From positions 1 through 32,074 of the forward strand of contig CAZZML010000001.1 of NCBI GenBank assembly GCA_964654735.1: 32,074 nt of DNA. Reading direction: 5' to 3'. Of this stretch, positions 18,302 through 26,635 are shown in pieces. Below the pieces are notes generated by a model that was not told the origin of the DNA, did not search any database, and saw nothing but the letters and a program-made list of their open reading frames with translations. The stretch is from an uncultured Roseivirgaceae bacterium. Its GTDB lineage: Bacteria > Bacteroidota > Bacteroidia > Cytophagales > Cyclobacteriaceae. Position 1 is the stretch's first letter. Every line of letters begins with the position of its first letter. Made by a program: the position numbers and the translations under genes.

Positions 18302-19014
18302 ATTATTTATATGCACTACACCAGCCTGACTTTATGCCTTGGTTAGGGTTTTTTGACAAAATGAACAAAGTTGATAACTATATAGTTTTTGATAATGTTT
18401 ATATAACCACAGGAAAATCTTGGTCAAATCGAGTTAAAATTTTACTAAATAATAAAGAGTATTGGCTTACAATTCCAATAAGTAGGTCAGGTATTAGTAA
18501 TAAACCAATATATGAAGTAGAATTAAATCAGCCGGAGAGAAATTTTTCCAAATTGTTAAAAACGATTCGACAGGCTTATTTGAAGCACCCCTTTTTTAAA
18601 GAGGTCTTTCCATTTATAGAAGAACTTAGGTTAGAAAGAGAACTCAGGTTATCAGAGGTTAATGCCAAATTTAACACTAAAATGTATGAAAAAATTTTTG
18701 GCCGAAGCAAAAACATACTTTTTGCCTCTGATGTGGCAGGTTTAAGAAACATAGATAAATTTAAAACAGATATGATTATTAAAGTATGCAATAATTTTGA
18801 TGTTGAAAACTATTTATCTGGTGAAGGATGTTTGAGTTTTTTAGAAACTGAACAATTTAGAGAAAATGGAATAAACATATCGTTTCAAAATTTTGAACCG
18901 CCAGTTTATCCTCAGTATAGGAATAATGAGTCATTTGTGTCAGGATTATCAATTATTGATGCCTTAATGAATATTGGTTTTGAAGGGACAAAACAATTAC
19001 TTGACAGGAAATAG
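18298..19014 (+). CDS. WbqC-like family protein (LPS/capsule-locus protein of unknown biochemical function)
   Basis: The N-terminus LHQPDFMPWLGFFDKMNKVDNYIVFDNV resembles the WbqC-family signature (QP-aromatic-aromatic-P-aromatic-x-G-aromatic-F). Length about 240 aa. ATGA overlap with the sulfotransferase. Confidence 0.65.
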   Translation: MNYLYALHQPDFMPWLGFFDKMNKVDNYIVFDNVYITTGKSWSNRVKILLNNKEYWLTIPISRSGISNKPIYEVELNQPERNFSKLLKTIRQAYLKHPFFKEVFPFIEELRLERELRLSEVNAKFNTKMYEKIFGRSKNILFASDVAGLRNIDKFKTDMIIKVCNNFDVENYLSGEGCLSFLETEQFRENGINISFQNFEPPVYPQYRNNESFVSGLSIIDALMNIGFEGTKQLLDRK

Positions 19015-19019
19015 GAATT

Positions 19020-20222
19020 GTGAGAGTAGGAATCTTAGGTAATATGAATAATAACCATTTTGCACTAATGCGTTATTTAAGAGATGAAGGTGTTGATGCT
19101 TACTTGCTATTATATCAAAATGAATTAGAGCATTTTCGACCCATTAACGATACTTTTAATATACATAAGTGGGAAAAATATATTGTTCAAACCGATTTGA
19201 GCTTTGGAGATTTCCCTGCTTTGAGAAGATATTTTTCACCTGCCAAAATTAAAAAATGGATAGATGATTTTGATTTTGTGATAGGCAATGGGTTTGCACC
19301 TGCCTATATGGTTGCATGCAAAAGAAAGCTAAACATATTTACCCCGGTTACAATCGGAGGCGAATACCTGAGAAATATGGCTTCTTTAAAAGGATTCAAA
19401 GATCGTGTTAAGCATGCTTTTCTTAAACACTTTCAAATAAAAGGGCTTAAAAACACAGATTATATATTCACAATTGATCAATCTCAAGAGAACTTATTTC
19501 ATTTTAAAAAAAATAAGTTAACTACCAAGCCTATTGGCATGCCTATGGTATATAACCAAGAAATACCCAGCGTAGAAAATATTAATAACAAACTTAGGCG
19601 TGTGATATCTGAAATGGGAAAAGCTCAAATCGTAATCTTTTCTCATTCACGGTTATTGTGGAAAACATTGCCAAAATTAGATGTAGATAAAAATTATAAA
19701 GGCAAAAGAAATGATATTCTAATTAAAGGGTTTGCTAACTATATTAATCATTCTAAGCAAAGAACAGCCCGTTTGTTTTTGCTTGAGTATGGTGTGGATG
19801 TTAAAGCCACCAAAGAGCTGATTAGTAAACTCAAAATAGATGAATATGTAACTTGGCTGCCCAAAATGAGTAGGAAAGAAATAATGATACTACTTGATTA
19901 TGTAGATATTGGTGCTAATGAATTTCATGGTAGAATGTGGGGAGGTACAGGTTGGGAGTTTTTGTCAAAAGGAGTTCCATTTTTCCATTATTTAGATATA
20001 TCAAAGGAAAGGTTTGAGACCATATACAATATGCCCATACCATTTATGTTCAACTCTAATAAAAGCGAGCAAATTTCAAAATACATATTAAATTTTGAAG
20101 CCAACCCAAAGAAGTATGAATATATAAGAGCCGACTTAAAAAAATGGTTTAATACCAATAATGGTGTTGAATTAGCAAAAAAATATAGTAAAGTAATTCG
20201 AAATTTTGAGGAGAAGCAATAG
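19020..20222 (+). CDS. Hypothetical protein with GT-B-like (two Rossmann domain) layout; possible divergent glycosyltransferase
   Basis: MRVGILG N-terminus. The C-terminal half has a GT1/GT4-like pattern (KGKRNDILIKGFANY ... RLFLLEYGVDVKATKELISKLKIDEYVTWLPKMSRKEIMILLDYVDIGANEF ... GWEFLSKGVPFF), but the canonical E-x7-E motif is absent. GTG start. Confidence 0.4.
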   Translation: MRVGILGNMNNNHFALMRYLRDEGVDAYLLLYQNELEHFRPINDTFNIHKWEKYIVQTDLSFGDFPALRRYFSPAKIKKWIDDFDFVIGNGFAPAYMVACKRKLNIFTPVTIGGEYLRNMASLKGFKDRVKHAFLKHFQIKGLKNTDYIFTIDQSQENLFHFKKNKLTTKPIGMPMVYNQEIPSVENINNKLRRVISEMGKAQIVIFSHSRLLWKTLPKLDVDKNYKGKRNDILIKGFANYINHSKQRTARLFLLEYGVDVKATKELISKLKIDEYVTWLPKMSRKEIMILLDYVDIGANEFHGRMWGGTGWEFLSKGVPFFHYLDISKERFETIYNMPIPFMFNSNKSEQISKYILNFEANPKKYEYIRADLKKWFNTNNGVELAKKYSKVIRNFEEKQ

Positions 20223-21695
20223 TTGTTACATAATGCACTAAAATTTTTAATAAAAGATACGGCTATTTATGGCATTGCTGGTGCGATTACTAAATTTATA
20301 GCCTTGTTTTCCGTTCCAATTGTAGCAAGAGTTTTAACAAAAGACGAGTTTGGAACTCTAAATACAATAATTGCCATTACCGTGGTATTTTCAGGGTTTA
20401 TAACACTAGGTCAAGATTCGTCCGTTGCAAGATGGTTCTTTGATAAAGATAAATCGGATAAAGAATACAAAGTAAAAGTTGTGAGTACTGGATTTTTGCT
20501 GCAGTTGACAGCTACAGTCATATTTGCCATAGTATTCTTTTTTTTTCACGGTAGAATTGGCACTCTAATTTTTAAAGAAGATTATAACTTAATACACTAC
20601 TGGGAGTATTATATTTTTGCGTTACCGGGAGGAGCTTTTTTGTTGTTTTCAAACAATGTTTTTAAATGGACATTTCAAAGAAACAAGTATTTGTTTTTAA
20701 CTCTGGGCAACTCAATATCAACAATTTTATTAACATTGGTATTTATTTTGGTTTATGATATGGGTATTTTCGGTGCCATTATCGCACCGGTTATCTCTGT
20801 TAACTTGTTTTCAGTCATTAGTTTAGTAATGAATAGAAACTATATTAAACTAACAAACAATTTTGATAAAGAGTTAATTATTCAGATGCTTAAATATGGA
20901 TTGCCTTTTTCATTAATTGCGATTGTTGCTGCTTTATTACCTTCTATGGATAGGCTTTTTTTAATTAGATATGTTAACATGGATGTTATTGGTGAATATT
21001 CTGTTAGCTTAAAAATTGCAAGTTTATTAATGCTAATCACAGGGGCATTTCAAATCTCATTTGGGCCATATGCCTATTCTATTTGGAAAAAACCTGAGGC
21101 ACCTAAAGTCTTAAGCGAACTTTTTACGATTTATTTAGGTGTACTGCTAGTAATTGGAACAACAATGACAGTTTTTGGAGAAATTGGAATCCAGCTTTTT
21201 GCTGGTGAGCAATATGTTAAATCTATTTTAGTACTGCCATTTATACTATTAGCTTACGCCATAAGAGGGTTAAACCAGTTTTCGACAATTGGAATAAACT
21301 GGTCAAAAAAATCATATTTTAATGTTTTTTCAATTTTAATACAACTTGCTGTGTTGCTAGTCTTTAATTTTTTGTTAACGGAAAAATTTAAAATTTTTGG
21401 AGCTGCAGGAGCCTTATTAATATCTAACCTAGTTTATGTAATATTTACCTTTATAATTTCGAATATGTATTACAAGATTAAAATAGATATTACAAAATCG
21501 CTAGTAATTATTAGCTTAGCAGTAACCGTACACTCTATAGTACTATTCGACTTCTATTATAATAGTTCCTTTCTAACAATTGCCAAGTTTGCAACTTTAA
21601 TAGTTTATTATTTTATTCTATATTTCATTATTTTAAATAGAGATCAACGATTAAGTGTGGCATTAAAGGTTCAATCAGTTATGAAGCTTAAATAG
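20223..21695 (+). CDS. wzx: Wzx-type oligosaccharide flippase (MOP superfamily polysaccharide biosynthesis protein)
   Basis: 490 aa with about 12-14 hydrophobic segments. The N-terminus LIKDTAIYGIAGAITKFIALFSVPIVARVLTKDEFG is typical of Wzx. The TTG start comes directly after the TAG of the preceding gene, and no in-frame ATG is nearby. Confidence 0.8.
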   Translation: MLHNALKFLIKDTAIYGIAGAITKFIALFSVPIVARVLTKDEFGTLNTIIAITVVFSGFITLGQDSSVARWFFDKDKSDKEYKVKVVSTGFLLQLTATVIFAIVFFFFHGRIGTLIFKEDYNLIHYWEYYIFALPGGAFLLFSNNVFKWTFQRNKYLFLTLGNSISTILLTLVFILVYDMGIFGAIIAPVISVNLFSVISLVMNRNYIKLTNNFDKELIIQMLKYGLPFSLIAIVAALLPSMDRLFLIRYVNMDVIGEYSVSLKIASLLMLITGAFQISFGPYAYSIWKKPEAPKVLSELFTIYLGVLLVIGTTMTVFGEIGIQLFAGEQYVKSILVLPFILLAYAIRGLNQFSTIGINWSKKSYFNVFSILIQLAVLLVFNFLLTEKFKIFGAAGALLISNLVYVIFTFIISNMYYKIKIDITKSLVIISLAVTVHSIVLFDFYYNSSFLTIAKFATLIVYYFILYFIILNRDQRLSVALKVQSVMKLK

Positions 21696-21742
21696 TACAT
21701 GACATGGTAGGCAAACTAATATTTTTCTAGTACGTTGAGTTA

Positions 21743-23095
21743 ATGAAAGTTATAATTCTAGTTTTAAATTTACTAACCCTAGGAATAATCATAGCCTTAA
21801 GGCCAGATTTCTCTTTGCTATCTTCTGTTCCTTTTTTTTATGTCATACTATTGGCTATAAGTTGGATTGTTTCTAAAAATGGCGAATTTGGAAAAACTAT
21901 TAAGCTGGTCTTGCTGATTTTGCCTTTTTACCTGTTCTATTCATTTATTACCTATTGGGATATACAAGGATTGGATGGTTTTTTTTATTCAGATGAAACT
22001 TATTTTTATCCCACTTTAAGTAGTTTGGCTAGCGAAAAATCAATTGCTGCCATTTGGCAAAAAACGATTATCACACATTCTCACAGAGATTATGAAGGTT
22101 TTTTTTTAATTCATGGTTCAATAGCTTATTTGGCTCAAAAGTACTTTGAAGGAAACTCCATTGTTTTGCAAAGTATATGGGTGGCTTTTTTTGGAGTGCT
22201 TACTAACTTATTTATATATAAGCTGTTCAGGTTTTATTTTTATGAGAATAAAGCTTTTAACCTTACACTTATTTTCGCTTTATTTACCCCTTTTGTATTT
22301 TATATGCCTTGGATATTGCGGGATATTCACATTGTACTTCTTTATTCAATCGCATTGTATTTTGTACATAAAAATACCTCCTTATTAAATATTGTTATTT
22401 TATTAATTATAAGTTTTATAACCATCGAATTTAGGTTTGAAAACGGGTTGTTACTATTAATTTTCCCTGTCCTCAATACTTTTATTAATAGTGACTACCA
22501 ACAAAATGTAAAAAAATATTTTCCCACAATTTTATCATTTTCTGTACTAATCGTTTATTATGCGGTTACTATTGAAGAGCAAAACGTAATAACTTCAATT
22601 GATAAAATTGCTGTTTATAGTGAGTTTACAGACGAAAGTTTGAATGACGGGTTGGGAGCTAAATTATATGGCTTGCCTATTGGTATAAAGCAGTTGGCCA
22701 TTGTTGTTAATTCGCAATTTACTCCCATGCCCCCTTGGTTTCTGCTTAGAGAATATAAAGGGTTTATCATAGGTTCTTTAATTATGCTAATAAATACTTC
22801 TTTTTGGTCGATACTAATTTTGATTGGTTTGCTTTTAACTACAAAAAAGAAAATTTTAAAAAAAATGCCAACTTCACTCAAGTATGTCGCATTATTTGGT
22901 GTACTTGTTTTATTTGTTAATTCACCTAATTTAACTATTCGTAGAGTGTTATGCATTTATCCCGTTTTTTATCTTTGGGTAGTTTATATGATCAGTTTGT
23001 TATCCAACACCTATTTAAAACAGCTAAGATATAAGTCAACAATAATCTATTGTGGTATGCTTATCTTTTATGTTATACTAAAAAATATTGTGTGA
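21743..23095 (+). CDS. Polytopic membrane protein; candidate Wzy-type repeat-unit polymerase
   Basis: 450 aa, at least 10 hydrophobic segments, very low G+C, located right after wzx. I see no recognisable catalytic motif, so the assignment rests on position and topology only. Confidence 0.45.
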   Translation: MKVIILVLNLLTLGIIIALRPDFSLLSSVPFFYVILLAISWIVSKNGEFGKTIKLVLLILPFYLFYSFITYWDIQGLDGFFYSDETYFYPTLSSLASEKSIAAIWQKTIITHSHRDYEGFFLIHGSIAYLAQKYFEGNSIVLQSIWVAFFGVLTNLFIYKLFRFYFYENKAFNLTLIFALFTPFVFYMPWILRDIHIVLLYSIALYFVHKNTSLLNIVILLIISFITIEFRFENGLLLLIFPVLNTFINSDYQQNVKKYFPTILSFSVLIVYYAVTIEEQNVITSIDKIAVYSEFTDESLNDGLGAKLYGLPIGIKQLAIVVNSQFTPMPPWFLLREYKGFIIGSLIMLINTSFWSILILIGLLLTTKKKILKKMPTSLKYVALFGVLVLFVNSPNLTIRRVLCIYPVFYLWVVYMISLLSNTYLKQLRYKSTIIYCGMLIFYVILKNIV

Positions 23096-23109
23096 CTAGT
23101 TAAGAAATA

Positions 23110-23856
23110 TTGAATCAATTAAAAATGTTAAGTATGAATTTTTATGATATAGTTGCAAGTAATGGATTTTATTCTAAGTCAAGTCGACTTAAGTTTTATC
23201 TGGAAAATCAACTTTTTAAAGGGATTGACTTTAAAAATAAATCGGTTATTGATATAGGTGGAGGAAATGGACTTTTTGGATTTTATGCTGCAGTTAATGG
23301 AGCTTCCAAAGTTGTTGTAATGGAACCCGAATTTGAAGGTAGTTCGGCTGATATGATAAAAGAGTTCGGTGAAATTAATAATTTACTTGGAAGCTTGGGT
23401 AATATTACACACACAGCAGATGTGTTGGAAGATTATGATAGGGCAAACAACCAGTTTGATTATATACTGATGCATAACTCCATTAATCATATTGATGAAA
23501 AAGCATGCATCATACTTAAAGAGAATAAGGAAGCTCAACTAAAATATCTAAAATTCTTTAAATTACTTAAGGAAATATCAGTTTCAGGAACAAGTCTAAT
23601 AGTACATGATTGTACGAGCAAAAATTTTTTTAATGACATAGGTATGAAATCACCTTTTGCTAAATCAATTGAATGGGAAAAGCATCAGCATCCCAAAGTT
23701 TGGGCGAAACTCTTAGCGGAAGCTGGATTTACCACTAAATCTATTAAGTGGACTACCTTCAATGCCTTAAAGGCTTTTGGCCAGATTATCATGGGTAATA
23801 GGTTTTTTTCATATTTTACTAATAGTGTTTTCTTACTTAAAATGGAAAAGCTTTAA
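23110..23856 (+). CDS. Class I SAM-dependent methyltransferase
   Basis: Motif I VIDIGGGNGLFGFYAA, acidic post-I residue (VVVMEPE), motif II-like DYILMHNSINHI. The track start is TTG, and in-frame ATGs at 23125 and 23134 are alternatives. Confidence 0.75.
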   Translation: MNQLKMLSMNFYDIVASNGFYSKSSRLKFYLENQLFKGIDFKNKSVIDIGGGNGLFGFYAAVNGASKVVVMEPEFEGSSADMIKEFGEINNLLGSLGNITHTADVLEDYDRANNQFDYILMHNSINHIDEKACIILKENKEAQLKYLKFFKLLKEISVSGTSLIVHDCTSKNFFNDIGMKSPFAKSIEWEKHQHPKVWAKLLAEAGFTTKSIKWTTFNALKAFGQIIMGNRFFSYFTNSVFLLKMEKL

Positions 23857-23863
23857 ACACTAA

Positions 23864-24967
23864 TTGGTGAAAATTTTGTTGGTTATAGATAGCCTCGGGT
23901 CAGGTGGAGCACAAAACCAACTAACCCTATTGGCTCTTGCATTAAAAAGCAGAGGGCATAATGTAGTTGTATTTTTGTATTATGATAAGCCTTTTTTTAA
24001 ACCTAGACTTGAACAGGGTAATATAACTTGTGTGTTATCTAAAAAAACAAACAAAATTGGGCTAGGAGTTGTACAAAACCTTGTTGGTTTAGTAAACAAA
24101 AATAAGTTTGACGGTATTATTTCCTTTTTAGATACCCCCAACTTTTACTCTTGTTTGGCACTAGTGTTTTCAAAACATAAGCCAAAATTGATCATTTCTT
24201 ATCGCAGTAAAACCGATTTTACAAATATGTCTTGGTTTACCAAAAAGCGAAAAGAATGGGTAAATAATAGAGCTGACCATATTGTTACTAACTCTCATCA
24301 TGAAAGAAAGAGATGGCAACAATCATATCCTAATCAAGCAGAAAAATGGAAAACCATTTATAATGTTGTAGATACTAAAAAATTTAAACCCAATACTTTT
24401 TCTAAAAGATCAGAGTCGTTTTTAGTTGTAGGCAGTGTTGGCCCGGCAAAAAATGGCTTGCTATTAATTGAAGCTTTAAATGAGCTAAAAAAAAGAGAGA
24501 TTATAGTTTATATAACTTGGGTTGGACAAAAGGCAAAGGATATTAAAGAAAGAAGAGACTACATTGAACTGATGGAAAGTAAAATTAGTGAGTATGGCCT
24601 ATCAAATCAGTGGGCATGGCAGGAGCCAACTCACACCATTCAAAAAGAGTATAGCTCATACAAAGCACTAATTTTAGCTTCATTAACAGAAGGCTTACCC
24701 AATGTTGTGTGTGAGGCACTTTGTAGTGGGTTGCCTTGCATTATTAGTAATGTATTGGATCACCCCAACCTTATTAAAAATAATGAATCCGGTTTTCTTT
24801 TTGACCCAATGAGTAGCAGAGAGTTATGTGAGGCAATAATTAGCATAATTTCTTTACCTGAAAGAAACTATGCTGAAATGCAACTTAGGGTAAGAGAAAA
24901 AGGGTTAAAATTATTTAATCAATCGTCATTTTTGGAGTATGAAAAATTATTAAGTTGTTCATGTTGA
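23864..24967 (+). CDS. Glycosyltransferase family 4 (GT-B, retaining type)
   Basis: KILLVIDSLGSGGAQ N-terminus. E-x7-E motif in TEGLPNVVCEALCSGLPCIISNV. The start is TTG 23864 or, more likely, GTG 23867. Confidence 0.85.
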   Translation: MVKILLVIDSLGSGGAQNQLTLLALALKSRGHNVVVFLYYDKPFFKPRLEQGNITCVLSKKTNKIGLGVVQNLVGLVNKNKFDGIISFLDTPNFYSCLALVFSKHKPKLIISYRSKTDFTNMSWFTKKRKEWVNNRADHIVTNSHHERKRWQQSYPNQAEKWKTIYNVVDTKKFKPNTFSKRSESFLVVGSVGPAKNGLLLIEALNELKKREIIVYITWVGQKAKDIKERRDYIELMESKISEYGLSNQWAWQEPTHTIQKEYSSYKALILASLTEGLPNVVCEALCSGLPCIISNVLDHPNLIKNNESGFLFDPMSSRELCEAIISIISLPERNYAEMQLRVREKGLKLFNQSSFLEYEKLLSCSC

Positions 24968-25509
24968 AAGCTATAGGTCTTTTTTTGGTTTTTGTTGTTA
25001 GAGTTATAAAGAGGTTGTTAATGTATTGTTACAGGCCACTTTTTAAGAAACATGGAAGAAATTTTATTTTTGATTCGTTTAGTCATTTTTCTTACAAAAA
25101 TATAGAAGTAGGTAATGACGTTTTTATTGGGTCAGGAGCCCGATTTTCTGCCACTATATCTTATATTAAAATTGGTAATAAGGTTATGTTTGGGCCAGAT
25201 GTTAGCATAAGGGGGGGCGATCATAATGCATCAACAATAGGAGAGTATATGTATGATGTAAAAAGTAAACTTCCTGAAAATGATTTACCTGTGATTATAG
25301 AAAATGATGTTTGGATAGGAACCAGATCAATAATTCTTAAAGGAGTTACCATTGGAACAGGTAGCATTGTTGCAGCAGGAGCATTGGTTATTAAAAATGT
25401 ACCTGCGTATAGTATTGTGGGAGGAGTGCCTGCAAAAGTGATAAAGAAGAGATTTACAGAAGAAAAATTATTAGAGCACATTCAATTGTTAAAGGCTCAA
25501 AAAGTTTAG
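24955..25509 (+). CDS. Hexapeptide-repeat O-acetyltransferase (LacA/WcaF-like) with N-terminal hydrophobic segment
   Basis: IGNDVFIGSGARF, IGNKVMFGPDVSIRGGDH, IENDVWIGTRSIILKGVTIGTGSIVAAGALV, VGGVPAKVIKKRF. N-terminal segment AIGLFLVFVVRVI. The probable ATG start is at 24961. Confidence 0.8.
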   Translation: MFMLKAIGLFLVFVVRVIKRLLMYCYRPLFKKHGRNFIFDSFSHFSYKNIEVGNDVFIGSGARFSATISYIKIGNKVMFGPDVSIRGGDHNASTIGEYMYDVKSKLPENDLPVIIENDVWIGTRSIILKGVTIGTGSIVAAGALVIKNVPAYSIVGGVPAKVIKKRFTEEKLLEHIQLLKAQKV

Positions 25510-26603
25510 TGATTAAGAAGAATGTGATTTTTATTGGTTCGTTTAAAAGCAACACGGGTGATGGTGGTACTGGTGGGCAGCTATTTGCTTGCACTTCATT
25601 AATAGAATCGGATTTAAAAAATCATGCTAACTTCCTTCTTATAGATACTACTGCTATATCAATTCCTGCACCTCCTGTTTATAAACGATTTTTTAATGTA
25701 TTTAAGAGACAATTGCAATTATATAAATTACTCCTATTTTATAGGGTTGATACCGTGATTGCTTTTTCGAGTGCCGGTCTTAGTTTCATAGAAAAAGGGT
25801 TTATGCTGTTGGTATCTAAATTATTTAGAAAAAGAACAATTTTTGCTCCCAGGTCAGGAATTACTAAAGCAGATTACGCCAATTCTAAAATTTATCGTAG
25901 CTTAATCCCTTTTATTATAAAAAATGTAGATATAGTTATTTGCCAAAACATGAAATGGAAATTGTTTTATCAAGGAATTAACCCCCTTAATAATAATGAA
26001 TTCAAGGTTATTAAAAACTGGATTAATTTAGAGAAATATGAAGAGCTACCAACTCACTTTGATCAATCAGCTATTGTTAATCTTTTATATTTAGGATGGA
26101 TTGAGACCTACAAAGGAATTTTTGATTTATTGGATGCTGCTCATCTCTTACGAAGTAAGCAGGTACAGTTCAATCTTAAAATTTTTGGATCAGGTAGTGA
26201 GATGACAAATGTAAACGCTACGATAACTCGATTGGGTTTAGAGGATTCCGTTCAAACTTTGGGGTGGGCTAATTTCAATAAAAAAATTGAGGCTTTTAAT
26301 TGGACGGATATTTATGTGCAACCCTCGCATATGGAAGGTTCACCCAATACAATTCTTGAATCTATGGCACTCGGAAAGCCGGTAATTGGAACTAATATAG
26401 ATGGAGTTATCGAATTATTAGATAATGGTGTAGGTATGATTGTGGAAAAAGAAAACCCCCAAAGCTTAGCAGATGGGCTTATAAGCTTGATTAGAGATAG
26501 CTCACTACAGAAAGAACTTAGGCTTAAAGGTTTAAAGAGAGTTAAGCAGAACCACAGTATAGAAGTTGCAGTATCTAATTGGAAACAAATACTTAATAAT
26601 TAG
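25509..26603 (+). CDS. Glycosyltransferase family 4
   Basis: E-x7-E motif in MEGSPNTILESMALGKPVIGTNIDG, with a preceding C-domain pattern (YLGWIETYKGIFDLLDAA ... KIFGSG). The GTG start shares one base with the upstream TAG (taGTG). Confidence 0.85.
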   Translation: MIKKNVIFIGSFKSNTGDGGTGGQLFACTSLIESDLKNHANFLLIDTTAISIPAPPVYKRFFNVFKRQLQLYKLLLFYRVDTVIAFSSAGLSFIEKGFMLLVSKLFRKRTIFAPRSGITKADYANSKIYRSLIPFIIKNVDIVICQNMKWKLFYQGINPLNNNEFKVIKNWINLEKYEELPTHFDQSAIVNLLYLGWIETYKGIFDLLDAAHLLRSKQVQFNLKIFGSGSEMTNVNATITRLGLEDSVQTLGWANFNKKIEAFNWTDIYVQPSHMEGSPNTILESMALGKPVIGTNIDGVIELLDNGVGMIVEKENPQSLADGLISLIRDSSLQKELRLKGLKRVKQNHSIEVAVSNWKQILNN

Positions 26604-26635
26604 GTCACTATATGTAGATAAAATAATTGAAATAA

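Noticed and set aside
11422-18791. Minus-strand ORFs 11422..11619, 15419..15610, 16309..16512, 17416..17619 and 18576..18791
   Set aside because: They are antisense to motif-supported + strand genes. Their translations are Ser/Pro/Thr-rich or low-complexity, which is typical of reverse frames.
22146-22956. An 80-aa + strand ORF in an alternative frame and a 113-aa minus-strand ORF, both inside the Wzy candidate
   Set aside because: Long spurious ORFs are expected in extremely AT-rich, stop-poor reverse or alternative frames. The 450-aa frame gives a coherent polytopic membrane protein.
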